Shown: one piece after another, positions 48,538-61,986 of the stretch | How positions within the stretch are numbered: position 1 is the stretch's first letter | Layout of the letters: every line of letters begins with the position of its first letter | Assembly: GCF_040938485.1 (NCBI RefSeq) | Contig: NW_027271416.1 | Location: forward strand, 1-64,000 | Source: Diadema antillarum | Taxonomy: Eukaryota | Direction of reading: 5' to 3' | Length of the DNA: 64,000 nt | Notes under the pieces: model-generated | The model's database searches: none | The model's input: the letters and a program-made list of their open reading frames with translations, nothing else | Told to the model about the DNA's origin: nothing | Made by a program: the position numbers and the translations under genes

Positions 48538-51500
48538 ACCGTATGGATTGGTTTTGTAAAGATATCGGTTTGTGGGGAAACGTTGAGATACGACTTAACT
48601 TCGAGAGAATCTTAGTGAATTGTGGTGGTAGTACCAAAGTAGCTAGTGACAGCGGGTAATTGATGCTAAACTAAAGTTGGTCATCAAAGGGTAATGCGTG
48701 ATAAGAAGATAAGTACGTTACGTATTAGCAAAGCCGCGTATCACTTTCACGCGCCATAAGCGTTTGATAGGAACGGACTTTTGATTGGTCCGATAAACCG
48801 ACCAATGAGATTACCCGAGTAGCGGCTTGTTTAAAGTTTCACGTCCGGCTATTCACAGGAGCGCGAATCCCCTGATCTACGTTGGCTGGGAAATTACAAT
48901 AGAACTTTAATTTGTTTTCCTTTTGTTCATTAGCGACCCGATTGTCGGTTCGCTGCCGACGAACCGGTCTTGTATCATCTTCCTGCATGGGTACAATAGC
49001 GTATTGCCGCTGTTCTACGACTTGGATTGTTTCTTCATTTTTCATCGGAAATCGGGCGCAGTGAACGGTCGATTATTGTGGAATTGACTAAAGCTTGTAA
49101 GACTGTTCAGAATGATCATCGCGTCAATGCAAAGAGTGAAGGAAATTGAGGCTGACGTATGCTTCAAAGAACGTTGATTTCTAAGCACATACGGTGAATT
49201 TTAAGAACACTTTTTTCTTCTTCTATATATTGCCTTTTCTGCTGATAACGGTTTGTAGTTTACATTGTAATTACCAGTCAGTGAAAACAATATCAGAATC
49301 AAGAAATTGTATTTGCACAATAATAACGCATGTAATTATTTTATCAGCAAACGTTGTCTTACTATGGGTAAATCAAACTTTTTTTCGTTCTCACGGGTCC
49401 CCTCCAAACATGGCAAGCATCGTCTTGCAAGCACACTTCATTATTTCATAATTACTTTTATTTCTTTATTCTAGTGACTTTCAATGTTTAATCCCCTATG
49501 TTAACTTTGATCAATGTTCTGCTATAAAAATATAGTTGAAGTATGATAGATTGAGGAGTTTGATACAATGTGAGAATGAAGCTTTTGATATGACTTTCTG
49601 TTAATATGATACTTGGAATGACCGACCAACCGCGGCCGCGTGCGTGGTGGTAGTGTTGGTGATGGCGGTGTGTGTATGTGTGCGTGTGTGCTCTGGACGT
49701 TTAAATATGTGTGTGCCCGTGTTCATCAATGTCGTATGATAGGTTATCTTCTTAAATTGCTTTCAAACTGGTCAATCTCTACCGTTTTCTCTATGTTTCA
49801 TTCCGTTCTCTTAGTATCTCTATGTTACATCAGATTCTGCTTATATCTGTATATAGCTTGGTGGCTGCAACGAGAGTACTCTAAAAAATTCAGTCCATCA
49901 TTGCCATAAAGTTTTCTATGAAGATTTAAACCCCTTCACAATTCAACTCAAGCACAAAGTAAACATACGTTCGAGCATTTACCTGTAGGTAATACGCGAG
50001 ACCAATCACACATAATAAACACACATACACACATACACACATAAGCACACGCACACACAAGCAAATATGCCATATAGAATTTCATAAGCAATGACTGAAA
50101 TTTTTGTCAGTAACGAAGATACACACATACACACACACGCACACACACACACACACACACACGGAGACATGGACACAAAGGTCTCAAAACGTGATAGTAA
50201 TTTAATGAACTTTTGCCAAGACACAAAACAATCAAACACAGGAAAGTAGCTAATTGTTTAATGATTGAAGCATACAACAAGAATCAGCATACAAATTATA
50301 CATCCAAAAGAACCAAAGAGTAGTATGAACAGACCAATATTACAAGTAATTTTTGTACACAGGCTTATCATTTGATTAAAGTTACATTGGATGAAATGCT
50401 GAACCCTCGACGGTTTCAGTTCTTGTATATAGAGAGCAGAGAGAGAGATAGAGAGAGAGGGGGGGGGGGAGATACCGAGAGTATATACAAAGAAGGAGAC
50501 TACAGACTCATGGTATGATAAACGCTTTAGATGGATGGTCAGATTTTCTAACGTTGCTATGCGGGGGAATTAATTACAACGAGCCACAGAAAGTTTGGTT
50601 ATGCAAAAACTATCAACAAAAGACTGGATAAAAATGTAAATCATGTCAGCATTCATTTTTCAATCGGAGAATTGGTATACAGAATTAATGCTTGTTTTCA
50701 CTTGTGTAATCATCTTACCATCACGTACGATCGTAAGGAAGTCGTGCTGTGCAGGACTGTACAAGGATGCCAATTATAAAGAATATGAAGGCTTTATACT
50801 ACAATGTATATTAACATTAACTAATTTGTTATATTGTAACGACTACATATTATTTTGTGTACAATAATAGTTTGATAACATGACCGAAACATCCTTAAAG
50901 ATAATACACTACATTTTTAGCTATATGACAGCTCATTAAAATTAATGTGTGAAATTGGTCTTGCAATCCTACCATGCCGACTTGGTTATACAAAGATTAT
51001 GTTGTGACATTAATCAAACATATGTTTTTATGGTATGCTACAAATAATTATGATAACCATCACGGCCTTTCAGTTAACTTCAAATCTCTCAAGTGTTGGT
51101 AACATACTGTTTTTCAATCATTCCATTTGGAGCTAAATACATCGCCGCAAACTCCTCCGTTACAAGTGACGTCAGTAATTCAATACGCCACTGTTTTACT
51201 TCACACTTACAAAAGGGGAATGGGCTAATGCACATTATATCGCAAGAAACATCATCAGATAGATCAAACAACAATGCGGATAAAGTAGAAAAAAAGGGAT
51301 TGATCGAAAAAAGGAAAAAGAAAGGTGGAGGACACATTCACTTTGTTTATATCACATCGCCTGTGCGATCATTTATCCAAAATCGGGTAGTATAACATTA
51401 TTCTCTCTATCAATCTCTTCCACATAATCAGTGGATTCTCCAGCAACATGTACACATTCCATTTGTGTAGCTTCATTCATTCAAGCATATAGCACAGTGT

Positions 51501-52102
51501 GCCTGGTTGATACCTTTTTGCTGACTATTGCTAGTCACCTGGGGCGAACCACAAGGGGTCGGCACTTACTCTTTGCCATATATGAATGAAGTGGGATCGC
51601 TAGCTGATCAAACAACAGGATATGCATATCAAAATAAAGAATAATTCATTCATTCATTCATTCATTCATGCTTTAATTTTCATTTCCAATCAATATACAT
51701 AGGTCACAGTTCCGTAGCTGGTTAACCGCAGCCTGTTTCAACGCATTAAATGTTCGGATACAACATGACTCTCCTAATTCTGAATTAGAAAATCACTGTT
51801 CATCCCGATAGCTTAGTCCTCTGAGATGTGAACTATAAAATGATATCTCAGTTATAATCTCATTCAATGCATTATTGATTAGACTACCAGTCTTACACAT
51901 GAACAGACCAAAATAATCGGATTCAAAAAAAAAAATTTTCTGTTTGTCTCCTTTTCGTTTTCGATCAAACCGAGGTCAAAAGCAGACTGAGCAACTACTA
52001 AGCAGATTATTTCAATTAGCCTACATGGCAATGTGAAAAAGTAATGAAATATTCCTATAACTTGTCTTGAGCAGAGTTAAATGCAAGCGTATTGGCTCAT
52101 GT

Positions 52103-52143
<41 letters not shown>

Positions 52144-52924
52144 CGATGTCATACTCATTTTAACGACCCAACCCTGTCAATTTTTTTTTTTCGGATTCAG
52201 TTTTGTAACCCCTTGAAGTTAATCGTTTCTCTTCGCTATCACATTTTTATCATAATTTATCTCAAGATCATATCAATTTTTGTAATGGTTGCAATGCATG
52301 TTTACGTGATACTATGAGGCCTTTGTAGCAGTTCGTCAAAGAAGTATTTTTTTTTTCTTTCACTGCATTGCATTTCAGTATAATGTCAGGTATAATCAAG
52401 TGGAGCTACAAAATATTTGTAACTTGTTTGTGACTTCTCCATGATGGTCAAACTAGCGATACTCAATCAGAGTTAATTGTGATCAGACTTACATCTATAT
52501 GCTGTTTGTTTAGAGCATACGGACGCTCATTATAATCAAATTTTAATGTCAGAATATTCTGAACCTCCACTGTTTGGTGCTTTATTGTCACTCTTAATAA
52601 CACATTCCGACGATATTGTGTCATTCGAAGGCATGAAAATCAGTACAGAATGGTTTAATTATCCAAGCATACACACACTCATTAAGCGTTAGATGGATGT
52701 ATGACTTGGAACAACCAGGGAGTATGGATGAACTGGAGGGCAATAGATTTAGCTAGATGGAAAGAGCCTATGCAGGATTACTACAGTCATGAGAAGTAAA
52801 TATTGGAGATTTACGTCTACGAGATTCACCATGTGCACACAGAGTCCTCAGCCCATAGTTCCAGTGCTGTATATACATACGGCACTGCATAGTTCAATCT
52901 AGTGGACGGCAGATGACCCTCTAA

Positions 52925-53479
52925 AGGGCTTTTTACACTTGTGTTTCTTAACCCCGGACTTTCTCTGACCCAGGACTATCGTTAGTCCCGTACCAATTTT
53001 TTCAGCTTTTTACACTCGCCAATTAGTCCCGTACTATCTCTTGTCCGGGGCTAAGGAGAAAACTGACCTTTTTACACTCGTATTTCTTAGCCCCGGACTT
53101 TCCAAACCACATGAATATTCATAATTACGCTGTGTGTACTGTACACGTACACCCACGCACCGGCAGCACTTGATGACCTCGTTTCTGATTGGTCAGTGAG
53201 GGTCGGACTTCGTCTCCGTCGCTTAGCCCAGGATTATTTTTTCGTTCTGTTTACACTCACTTCGTTGGCACCGCAATTGCGGTGCTAACCCCTGCTATTT
53301 TGCAGGGCCAGATAGTACCGTACTATCGGTGGGGCTAGCCCACTTTGGCAAAAACGAGTGTAAACAGAAAGTGGGCTAAGGATAGTCCCGTACCAACGGT
53401 GGGGCTAAGGCCCCCCCCCCCCCCTTAGCCCCACCGTTGGTCCGGGGCTAAGCAAAATTTTACAAGTGTAAAAAGCCCT
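52925..53479. mobile_element. PIF/Harbinger-like MITE, 555 bp
   Basis: Perfect 17-bp TIR AGGGCTTTTTACACTTG, TWA-type flanks (TAA/TTA, one mismatch), and many internal tagccc/agtcccgtac repeats. Confidence 0.75.
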
Positions 53480-54159
53480 TTAAGCAGGGAGGTGGAAAGA
53501 GAGGAAAGAGGATCTTCCACCTCCCTGCTCTAAGTCTTGTCGTGCGTCATCACGCTGCAAGTGCCCCATTTCGCATTTAAAACTCATCACGATGTAGTGA
53601 CGTATTTACCACTTTAGATTTAAAAAATAATACCGAATAGTGTAATACCTTTGATAGAAAAACAGCTTGCACCGACAAAATCCATGATTCATGGAACATA
53701 ACTATCGCCATTGTCAATCAATTTATGACATTTATAATCATGGAATATTATACATACGCTGAAAGTAGGCTGTAATACCCATTCAGAGACTTACGCCTCA
53801 GGGGTTTTGTACCCGCGTCATTACAATACTTCCAAAAAAATGTTGGTACTTGCAGTAGGTATTAGCATTTTACTAATTTTATATGAAGAGCATTTTCCTC
53901 CAAATAGTGTCGTATCATTTAGAGTACTAATATCACACAACAAAATGTTGTAACTGACCCTATTTTACTTTTGGAATGGTCAATCATCCAATAATAATCA
54001 TTACAAGTGTATGAATATTCCTGTGAGCAGGCACGGCACATGCATGTTCAGTCTTATATGTAAATTTGATTTATTACAATATTCCACTCACTCACAGTAT
54101 CCCAGCAAAGAATCCACTTATCTTACATGCTATTGCATGAAAAAATCGTGTATCACATT

Positions 54160-56007
54160 TCACAATATATCAAATATGTAGAGTCTATCTTCAGTGCTGA
54201 AAGCTATCTCACCACTCTCAAACACCTGTAGATAGTACCAATTTCTTTTCTTTGGTTTCTGTATTTTGAAATCGGTGATGATATTGTGCAAGTACTCCAA
54301 ATCTCTCGTGTATCGATCGATACTGACGAGACCCTCCTCGTGCTTCACCCAGGCTACAATGACAGAATCATCTCTACAAACAGCTGGGTAGACAAACATA
54401 CCCTCCTTCTCCAAGACATTCTCCTTCTTCCCGTTACCATCAAGGCAGACGACAGTTGATAGATCTCTCAGTATCAGTTTCCCCATGGTGTGAAAGGAGA
54501 ATAATAGCAGAGGTGTATATCCACCACACATTATTACCCTGACTGCTTTACCACCATGTGGGGTAAATACTTGCATCATTCTAGGCTTCCTATAACTGAA
54601 ATGGATAGTGTCATCTCTATCCACAGTGAGACCACCTACCCCTCCTTCATCATAACGCATTGTTTCGAACATGACATCAAGTTTCTCCCACTGTCGAGTG
54701 TAGAGTGACATCTTTTCGTTTGTATCACGTACAACACTTCGACCATCAGACAGGAATCCAAGTTCACGGATACTGACATCCTTCAGCACGGTCTGCTGTA
54801 ACTCGCCATCAGTGGAGTAGAGATGGATTCCGCCAAAATGCGAACCCACCGCCATCTTACCGTCTGGTGTACTAGTCATACAGTTCATGCTATTTTCGGT
54901 CGGGAGCTCTACGTCTGCTTTGACATCCCACGTGCAACCTTCTAGTTCTCCAAGATAAAGTTCATTGACCTGCACGTATTTACTAAATGAAATCTTCTGA
55001 GCTCGTTTTGTCACACCTCTCGTTGATTGATCGTCAGGATCATCTCGTCCCAGAAAGGTCTTCAAGTTCTCACACAGCGTGTCGTGTGCAAACAAGGCGT
55101 CTTTCTCTAGTGGTACCTTCACACCGTTAGCTACCAGCTCTTCCATAGCGGTCATACAACGAATTGTTTGGTGACTCTCTTCCTCCATGACTTGTAATTC
55201 CTTCTCCAAATTTTCAGACAATCGTTTCACTTGACATTTCAGGGCCTCTCTTCTGGCTGACAATAGTTGCATGTATTCTTCGTACGTCTTGTCGATGTCA
55301 TCATTGAGTCTTCTCATCATGTTTGTTATTTCATTTCGTTGTGTCTCTATGAAATCAATATAATTTACAATGGTTGTTTTCTTTGATTTTGCCCTTTCTT
55401 GTAACTTCTTGATATTTTCTATCAATTTCTCCTCGTGGATAGCTGCCTCTTCAATCTGATGCCCTGCTTGTAAGTGTCTTAACATCCCGCACTTACAGCA
55501 GACGTACTCCCGACATCCGATACAGAAACACTCCTCATCATCGTTAGGATGTTTCTTACACTTCCGTCTCCTCTTAAGCGAAATTTTTCCGGAGAGCACC
55601 TCGCTAATGGGCACTACTTCGTGGTTGGAGACCGGTTTCCAGATAGAGTGTGTTTTCTCACACGATTTACACATATATTTCCCACAGTCCTGACAGAAGG
55701 ACACAGCTGGCAACTTTTCGTCCTTCTCACAAACTGTGCATATTGGGCTCTTTGCTTTAACTTCTTCCACTAGAGAATTCAGGGGTACGATTGTTTGTAA
55801 CTTACTCACATCTCCACTGGGTAGGGGCGTTTCTTTTCTGCATACAGGACATGTTATAGCTTGTTGGTTGGGCTGAGTTTGAGAGATGCATTCCAAACAG
55901 TCTTTGCAGAAGGTGTGAGAACATGCCAGTGATTTGGGTTGGTTGAATAGTGCCAGACAGATAGGACACTCCAGATTCTGGCTGCTGATTTGATGAAACG
56001 TTGCCAT
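54160..56007 (-). CDS. TRIM-family E3 ubiquitin ligase (RING, B-box1, B-box2, coiled coil, C-terminal beta-propeller-like region; TRIM56/TRIM71-like), 615 aa, single coding exon
   Basis: RING CPIC...CSHTFCKDC...CPVC, B-box CTVC...CQDC...CKSCEKTH...H, B-box CKKH...FCIGC...CCKC...H...H, and a charged coiled coil. The real start is probably MATFHQ at 56007, directly after a pyrimidine-rich cag acceptor (56017-56018). Confidence 0.9.
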   Translation of the reverse strand: MATFHQISSQNLECPICLALFNQPKSLACSHTFCKDCLECISQTQPNQQAITCPVCRKETPLPSGDVSKLQTIVPLNSLVEEVKAKSPICTVCEKDEKLPAVSFCQDCGKYMCKSCEKTHSIWKPVSNHEVVPISEVLSGKISLKRRRKCKKHPNDDEECFCIGCREYVCCKCGMLRHLQAGHQIEEAAIHEEKLIENIKKLQERAKSKKTTIVNYIDFIETQRNEITNMMRRLNDDIDKTYEEYMQLLSARREALKCQVKRLSENLEKELQVMEEESHQTIRCMTAMEELVANGVKVPLEKDALFAHDTLCENLKTFLGRDDPDDQSTRGVTKRAQKISFSKYVQVNELYLGELEGCTWDVKADVELPTENSMNCMTSTPDGKMAVGSHFGGIHLYSTDGELQQTVLKDVSIRELGFLSDGRSVVRDTNEKMSLYTRQWEKLDVMFETMRYDEGGVGGLTVDRDDTIHFSYRKPRMMQVFTPHGGKAVRVIMCGGYTPLLLFSFHTMGKLILRDLSTVVCLDGNGKKENVLEKEGMFVYPAVCRDDSVIVAWVKHEEGLVSIDRYTRDLEYLHNIITDFKIQKPKKRNWYYLQVFESGEIAFSTEDRLYIFDIL

Positions 56008-56295
56008 GGTGTCTTTCTGTGTGTTAGCAAAAGAATGAAACGCATTGACGAGTACGAGCAGAAATATGATATCATCATTTACCAAAATAAAGAAGGGAAA
56101 TTCAATGGACCGTGGTGTTGGAATGTTTGCATTCTTAAAATCGGACGAAGTAATGAAGCACAATTTAAGAGACGTGTGTGAATAATAGATTATTTGAGTG
56201 GAGGAGATCACATTAACTAATTGTCCGGTGAGCCTATCATGATACTGCAACTTACAATAAAATCAGTTGTATCTTGTTAGTTCCCTAAATGAGTA

Positions 56296-56842
56296 CTGCC
56301 AAACCTGCCTTAGCGGCCACCTGTCTATAGCGGTCACTGAAAAATCCCCCGAGAGAAAAGCCCTGTTAAAGTCCCTGTGTATAGCAGCCACCTGTCTAAC
56401 GCGGCCAGCGGCCACAAATTTTGTTCCCGCAGAAGATTTTAACCTGTCTATTATAGCGGCCCGCCACAGACCCGATGGAGCCGTAGCCGAGCCGATATAT
56501 TCAGCGTGTTTTTCTGCTTTTTAGCCGTGTCAGTCATTCATGGGTAACGTTCAGTGATCGCCTCCGCTGTTATTCATCACTCATTCAGTCATAATATCAC
56601 ACTAGCGTAAATCTTTTTCACGACTGTACGCATGCTATTTACTGTGCAACAATTTTTTCATAAACACCGGCATTGTTCAACACGTCGTTCAACAGGTACA
56701 TGTAAGTACTTACAGATATATTCAACAACGATACATGTACATGTCGGCAAACGAAACGGATAACCTGTCTTTAGCGGCCACCTGTCTATAACGGCCACTC
56801 TTGTCGTTTCCCTTGGGTGGCCGCTATAAATAGGTTTGACTG
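56296..56842. mobile_element. Tigger-like MITE just upstream of the TRIM coding exon
   Basis: TA|ctgccaaacctgccttagcggccacc ... ggtggccgctataaataggtttgactg|TA, with repeated gcggccacctgtcta. Confidence 0.7.
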
Positions 56843-58885
56843 TATTAGAAAAATATATGATGGGTTGAATCAAGCAGCTAATGGAGGGGTGACTCTCTTA
56901 ATCAAGGGACTGCTTTTCAGCAGTCCCCTTCATTTCCAACAATTCTTTCATAAAATAAAACCGCATTATATGACTACATATTTTCTTACGCTATATTTCT
57001 CTTATTACAAGAAATGAGACTCAATGATTTCGCATAGCTGTATATATGCAAAAGGAGTGAAGAGGAGGCTTACATCGCCATAAAGTTTATAAAATATGAA
57101 CATTCTGAGGTGTTGTAACTCAATCAACATCTTTATTTACCCTTTGCAAGCATATTTACATAACTGCTGTGGCCATGTAGTCTACAACCTTACCAGCTCT
57201 GCTGATGTTCCTAAAATTTTGTTATCATGTTAGCAACTTTTGGGGACACAGAAATGCATTTTAGGGAAGGGAATATGTCTATTATTATTATTATTTGATG
57301 AAGCAGTTAGCTGCACAGTCACAACAAACGCTCTTTGCGTATTCAATGTCCCTTACCTGCAGACCCTAAAACCGAGTTCAAAAGATTATAATTACAAGCA
57401 CGACTAGCCACCTCTCTCTTTTGTTTCTAACTTTTGAAGTCATGAAAATTAATGAGTGATTGCGCAGACCATTGTTAATACATCGAACAGGAAAGTCCTA
57501 AAGACGTCTGACATGTATCTTATTCTAGTCATGTCTAGTGTCTAGTAATTGACAAACTAATCTATTTATATTTATTTGTGATAAAGTTCTCAGATGTTGA
57601 TTTATTTCCAACAGATATAACGATTGATATCTCTATTCAAAAAGCATTATACTATATCAGGCTATATATGCCAGTTGTTCTGTTTGGAGTGCTATCATTA
57701 ATATCACAAAATTGCTCAACACCTGACCACCCCTCCCCTCCCCCATATAGGTTTTCTGGGCTGCCATGTGTTCAAGCATCCACTTATATACTGGCAGTCA
57801 TTCTTCTGCATAATTTCTCTAGCTATTCGCAAATTGGTAATACAATGTATAGGACCCTACTTCGTATTAAGAATTAATGTAAGCATATGTTTTCTTTCTT
57901 CGAATCATGTCAATCTGTATAATAACGCTTTCTGTGATATCACAGATAAGAAATTTGATTTCTATTTTGTATTTTGGTGAAGAAAATAAAACCAATCAAA
58001 AAAGAAAACAAAATCTAATATTGACACAGGTTATGGGGTAAAACATGTTGAACAAAAGCAGCAAAGTCATAACAGACATGTTGACTGAACAAACAAGGCA
58101 GAATCTGTTTCAAGCTTATAGTTATTTTGTTAGACATACATTGTTTGTAAACTACGTGTCGCGGGCACAAATATAACATGCATGATTGTGTTAGTATCTT
58201 TTCGTATGCACGCTTACCAAGTTTGCTGTATTTCCGGGTTCAATATTTCTAAATTATGTCTGGCTCCGAAGTACATGTAGGCATGTATCGAATTACAACC
58301 TGTTGTCTGTTCAGCACGAGGAAAGGTGTGATCACGAAATAGATTGAATGTTACTTTTAAGACCCAAAACAAAATGCAAAGAACTAGTTTTTTGGAAATA
58401 TTGCGAAGCACTGACAAAATGGTCGGGCGGTTCAGTGTAATGACTATCAACGGTTGACTATATTTACCCTGACCTTTATACTGCGAACATCTATTTATAG
58501 AAACAGGTTTTCCCCACACCTCAATTCTCAAACACTATGCACCTATCTGAAAATCACAGCTCACAACTGAATTTCGCCTTGTCCAGGGACCTGTTCACGC
58601 GACATTGAGCTGAGATGAGGTGTTTTTTTTTTATGAGTAAGATGTTAACAAATGTTGTCATGTTAAAGTATCACTTCGAAGAGAATCTGAGTAAAGTAAG
58701 ACATTTGATTATTTAGAAAATTCTGTCATTTATCCTTCTGTTGTGATATTTTGAAATCTGAGGAAAAAAAAACCTCGATCAAAGAGCCAAGATGTTCTGC
58801 TGATGTAGAAAGATTTTGATATTCAGATCCTGTGGAGGGTTTTTTTTTTCTCCTTTTTTTTTCTCTTTTTTTTTGATATTACATT

Positions 58886-59090
58886 TTGTAACCTGTCTTC
58901 ATCGAGGACCAGAGCAGCAGCCAGTTTCTCTCTGGAAACGATGTCGGGATATCGGTCGATGTCGAATTCAGCCTTCAGCCTCTCGAGCTGCTCTTCGGTT
59001 AACACGGTCGGACGTCGACGATGAAGGCCTTTGGTAGGAACGGACGTCGAGACTTGGGGGAAAAGCGAAAGTGCATGAAGAATCAGCCAT
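58886..59090 (-). pseudogene. pmar1: pmar1/micro1-like copy E, exon 1 only, frameshifted
   Basis: ATG GCT GAT at 59090 is out of frame with the HD (25 nt versus 21 nt in B between GAT and CAA). HD helices 1-2 are recognisable, the normal GT donor is absent, and I saw no VWFQN exon downstream. Confidence 0.85.
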
Positions 59091-61960
59091 GCCGGAGTTG
59101 GATTGGTTTCGCAAAGATTCCGGTTTGTGCAAGGATATGATTTAACTTCGGAACAATGGATTGTTCCTCTCTGAAAGGTCGACAATTGCAGAGTTGACTA
59201 AAACCTAGGGAAACTATATTTCGGAATGATCATCGCGTCAATGCAAAATGTGAATGAACTAAGCTCTAACGGTTATACAATATGTAATATTTCAAAACTT
59301 TGATGACGTAATGATATGAGGCATATAAACCTCCACTGACTTTCCTTTGGATATTATACGTGAATTGATTGGTTTTTGCAACAAAAGAATGGTCTAATGT
59401 CAGCCGGCTAAACATATTGTAGAGGTGCAATCAAGCTTACTTTACTATTTCTTTTTTGCTACTTGACGTGTTGTACGGCAAAAAACAAAACAAAACAAAA
59501 CAAAGCAAAAATCCACAATATTAATGTACCAACTAGTGGAAAATTTGTAACATCACCATGACATCATCTCATCTAATTTGCATTCAACGTGTCTTTGTGA
59601 TCCAAATCTAGGTTTCGAAAAAACAAAGAGAACGTTTTAATGACGCAGTTTATTTAATTCTTGCTTGGTTGCATTGAATATGTAGTATTTGTTCGTTTAA
59701 GTTGACTACTTAAGGAGGTAAAAGGATTTTTTTTTTTGGTCAGAGTAAGAGACACTTGTTGTAAAATATGTCAAACAGGGGGTTTTTCACTATCGATTTA
59801 GTGTGAAGGAAGATGAAAACGTCTTTCTTCTTTATGCAAATGGATTGTGTGTCTCAATATCGTTTGACAGTTTTGTCTTTTTGATAGAATAACGTATTTC
59901 CGCCATGTGTATAAATGTATCCTAATTTATCTTTATCTTTCTTTGTTATATTTTCATTTTCTCCTTACAACATTCCATTGTTGCCTCGCAAGTTCACACC
60001 AAAAATTCCAGCGCATCTCTCTCAAGAATTTTTTTTTCTGTGAAGATTACTAAATCCACTCATAATTTCACTCAAGCAGCAAGCACAAACACACCTACCA
60101 TGCCTACGAACATTAACCCTTAAGAATACACGGGAACTCGGTTTTACACATAAATACACACACATACACACACAAACACACACACACGCACGGATACATG
60201 GAAACAAAGTTCTCAAAACGTTTTAGTGATTTAATGAACTTTTGCCACGACACATCAAAGACAAACACCGGAAAGTAGAACATTGTCAAAATCGGATTGA
60301 AGCATACAACAAGAATAAACATACAAATTGTATATCCAGAAGAGCCACAGAGTATAGTATGAACAGACGATTATAACAAGTTATTTGGGTGCAGATTAAT
60401 GCTTATTATCGTTTGATTAAAGTTACAGCGGGTGAAATGCTGAACCCTCGACTGTTTCACTTCATGTAGAGATGGGAGGGGGATACATTGTACCGAGAGT
60501 ACAGAGGAGATTACAAAATGGTATATAATGTAACGCGGTAGATGGATGGTCAGATTTCACAATGTTACAATGAGGGGAATCAATTATAAAGAAACACTGA
60601 AATTTCGGTTATACAAAAATTTTCAAAAGAAGAATGTAAATTATTTCAGCATTCATTTTCAATCGGAGTACTGGTGTACAGACGTCTAACAATAGCGTAA
60701 TGATCTTGTTATGCATTGTTATGCACGAGCGTAAAGAGTGTTGTACAGGACTGTACAAGAATGACAATTATGATGTAGAATTTGAATGCTTTACTATGCC
60801 AAAGTAAACTAACGTGATATATTCTAATGACAAGATGATATTTTGTGTAATAATAGTTGGTTAACATGACCTGAACATCCTCAAAGATACATATTTTTGA
60901 AGAAAATTACATTTTCTTAGCTATGACAGCTTAATGACTGGGCGAAATATTGCAGTCTCACAGTTCTACCATGCCGACTTTCATTCATTCATTCATTTTT
61001 CCATCTTCAACAAAACTTGTAAATACGATTTTTTCACAGAAGATAAGTACATACAGTATATGTCAACATTACAAAACGTGATAAATGAAATTTATGGATA
61101 TACAACCAAAATTGTGAAAAAGAAAAAGCACAAAAGCATTCTGAAGTTTAGAAAATGCAGAAGATAGGGACGAGGAATGCTGAAGAAGCAATGGTTGTAG
61201 GGTTCATGCACCCCAAACATAGTAAAACAATTATACATACATCTTGGTTATACAATGATTATTAATCAAACTTGGTTATATAATGATTATCAATCAAATA
61301 CATATCTAATACATTTTAATGCTACGTTATGAATAACTATCAAGGCATTTCAGTTAACTTCAGATTTCTAAGTATGCATGGGTTATATTATACTACTTCT
61401 CGATCATTCCATTTTGAACTATAAATGCATCACCTCAGACTCCTCCGTTACAACAAAAGTGACGTCAGTAATTCAATACGTCACAAAAGGGAAATGATCT
61501 AATGCAGACATCGGACAGCAAGAAACATCATCAGATAGAAAATAATGTGGATGAAATAGAAAATGAAGATGAGAGAGAGGGAACGATTAAAAAGGGGAAA
61601 AATGTGAGACACAAAGTTATTTTGTTTGGAGCGTCACCAGTTTGATCATATCCCAAATCTTATAAAATTCTCTAAACTACTCTCTTCTACCCAAGCATAA
61701 TGGCTCCTGCACAAAACAACAATTATACATCTCACATCTCTAGCTAATCAAAACAATAGCAACTTCGTATTGGAAAATAATGATCTTCCGTAATGCATTA
61801 TTAAACAGACTAACACATGAATACAGTCATAACAAAATAATCTGATTCAACAAGAAAACGAATTATTGTTCAGTTTGTCTCCTCTTCGGTCAAATCAAGG
61901 AAATTATTACCAAAGGTAAACTGATTAGTAACTTGATTATTTTAGTTAGCCTGCATGCCA
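58886..61960. repeat. Partial duplication of D exon 1 and its upstream region (paralogous to ~48340-52030)
   Basis: Shared blocks 49110-49133/59224-59247, ~50110-50400/60150-60430, ~51050-51320/61340-61580 and ~51900-52030/61820-61960. Confidence 0.8.
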
Positions 61961-61986
61961 ACGTGTACCAGACTTGAAATAATATA

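Larger units (their letters stand above)
39150..49260. repeat. Segmental duplication unit 2 (C+, relic+, D-)
   Basis: Direct-orientation paralogue of unit 1. Boundaries approximate. Confidence 0.85.

Noticed and set aside
48683-48689. TCF-type sites near the homeobox promoters (48683, 49163, 37812, 27707)
   Set aside because: 7-mers expected by chance in AT-rich DNA and not positionally conserved among copies, so not called as features.
56008-56250. 81-aa N-terminal extension of the TRIM ORF in the track
   Set aside because: It begins at a non-ATG codon, has intron-like composition and contains a splice acceptor just before the MATFHQ ATG.
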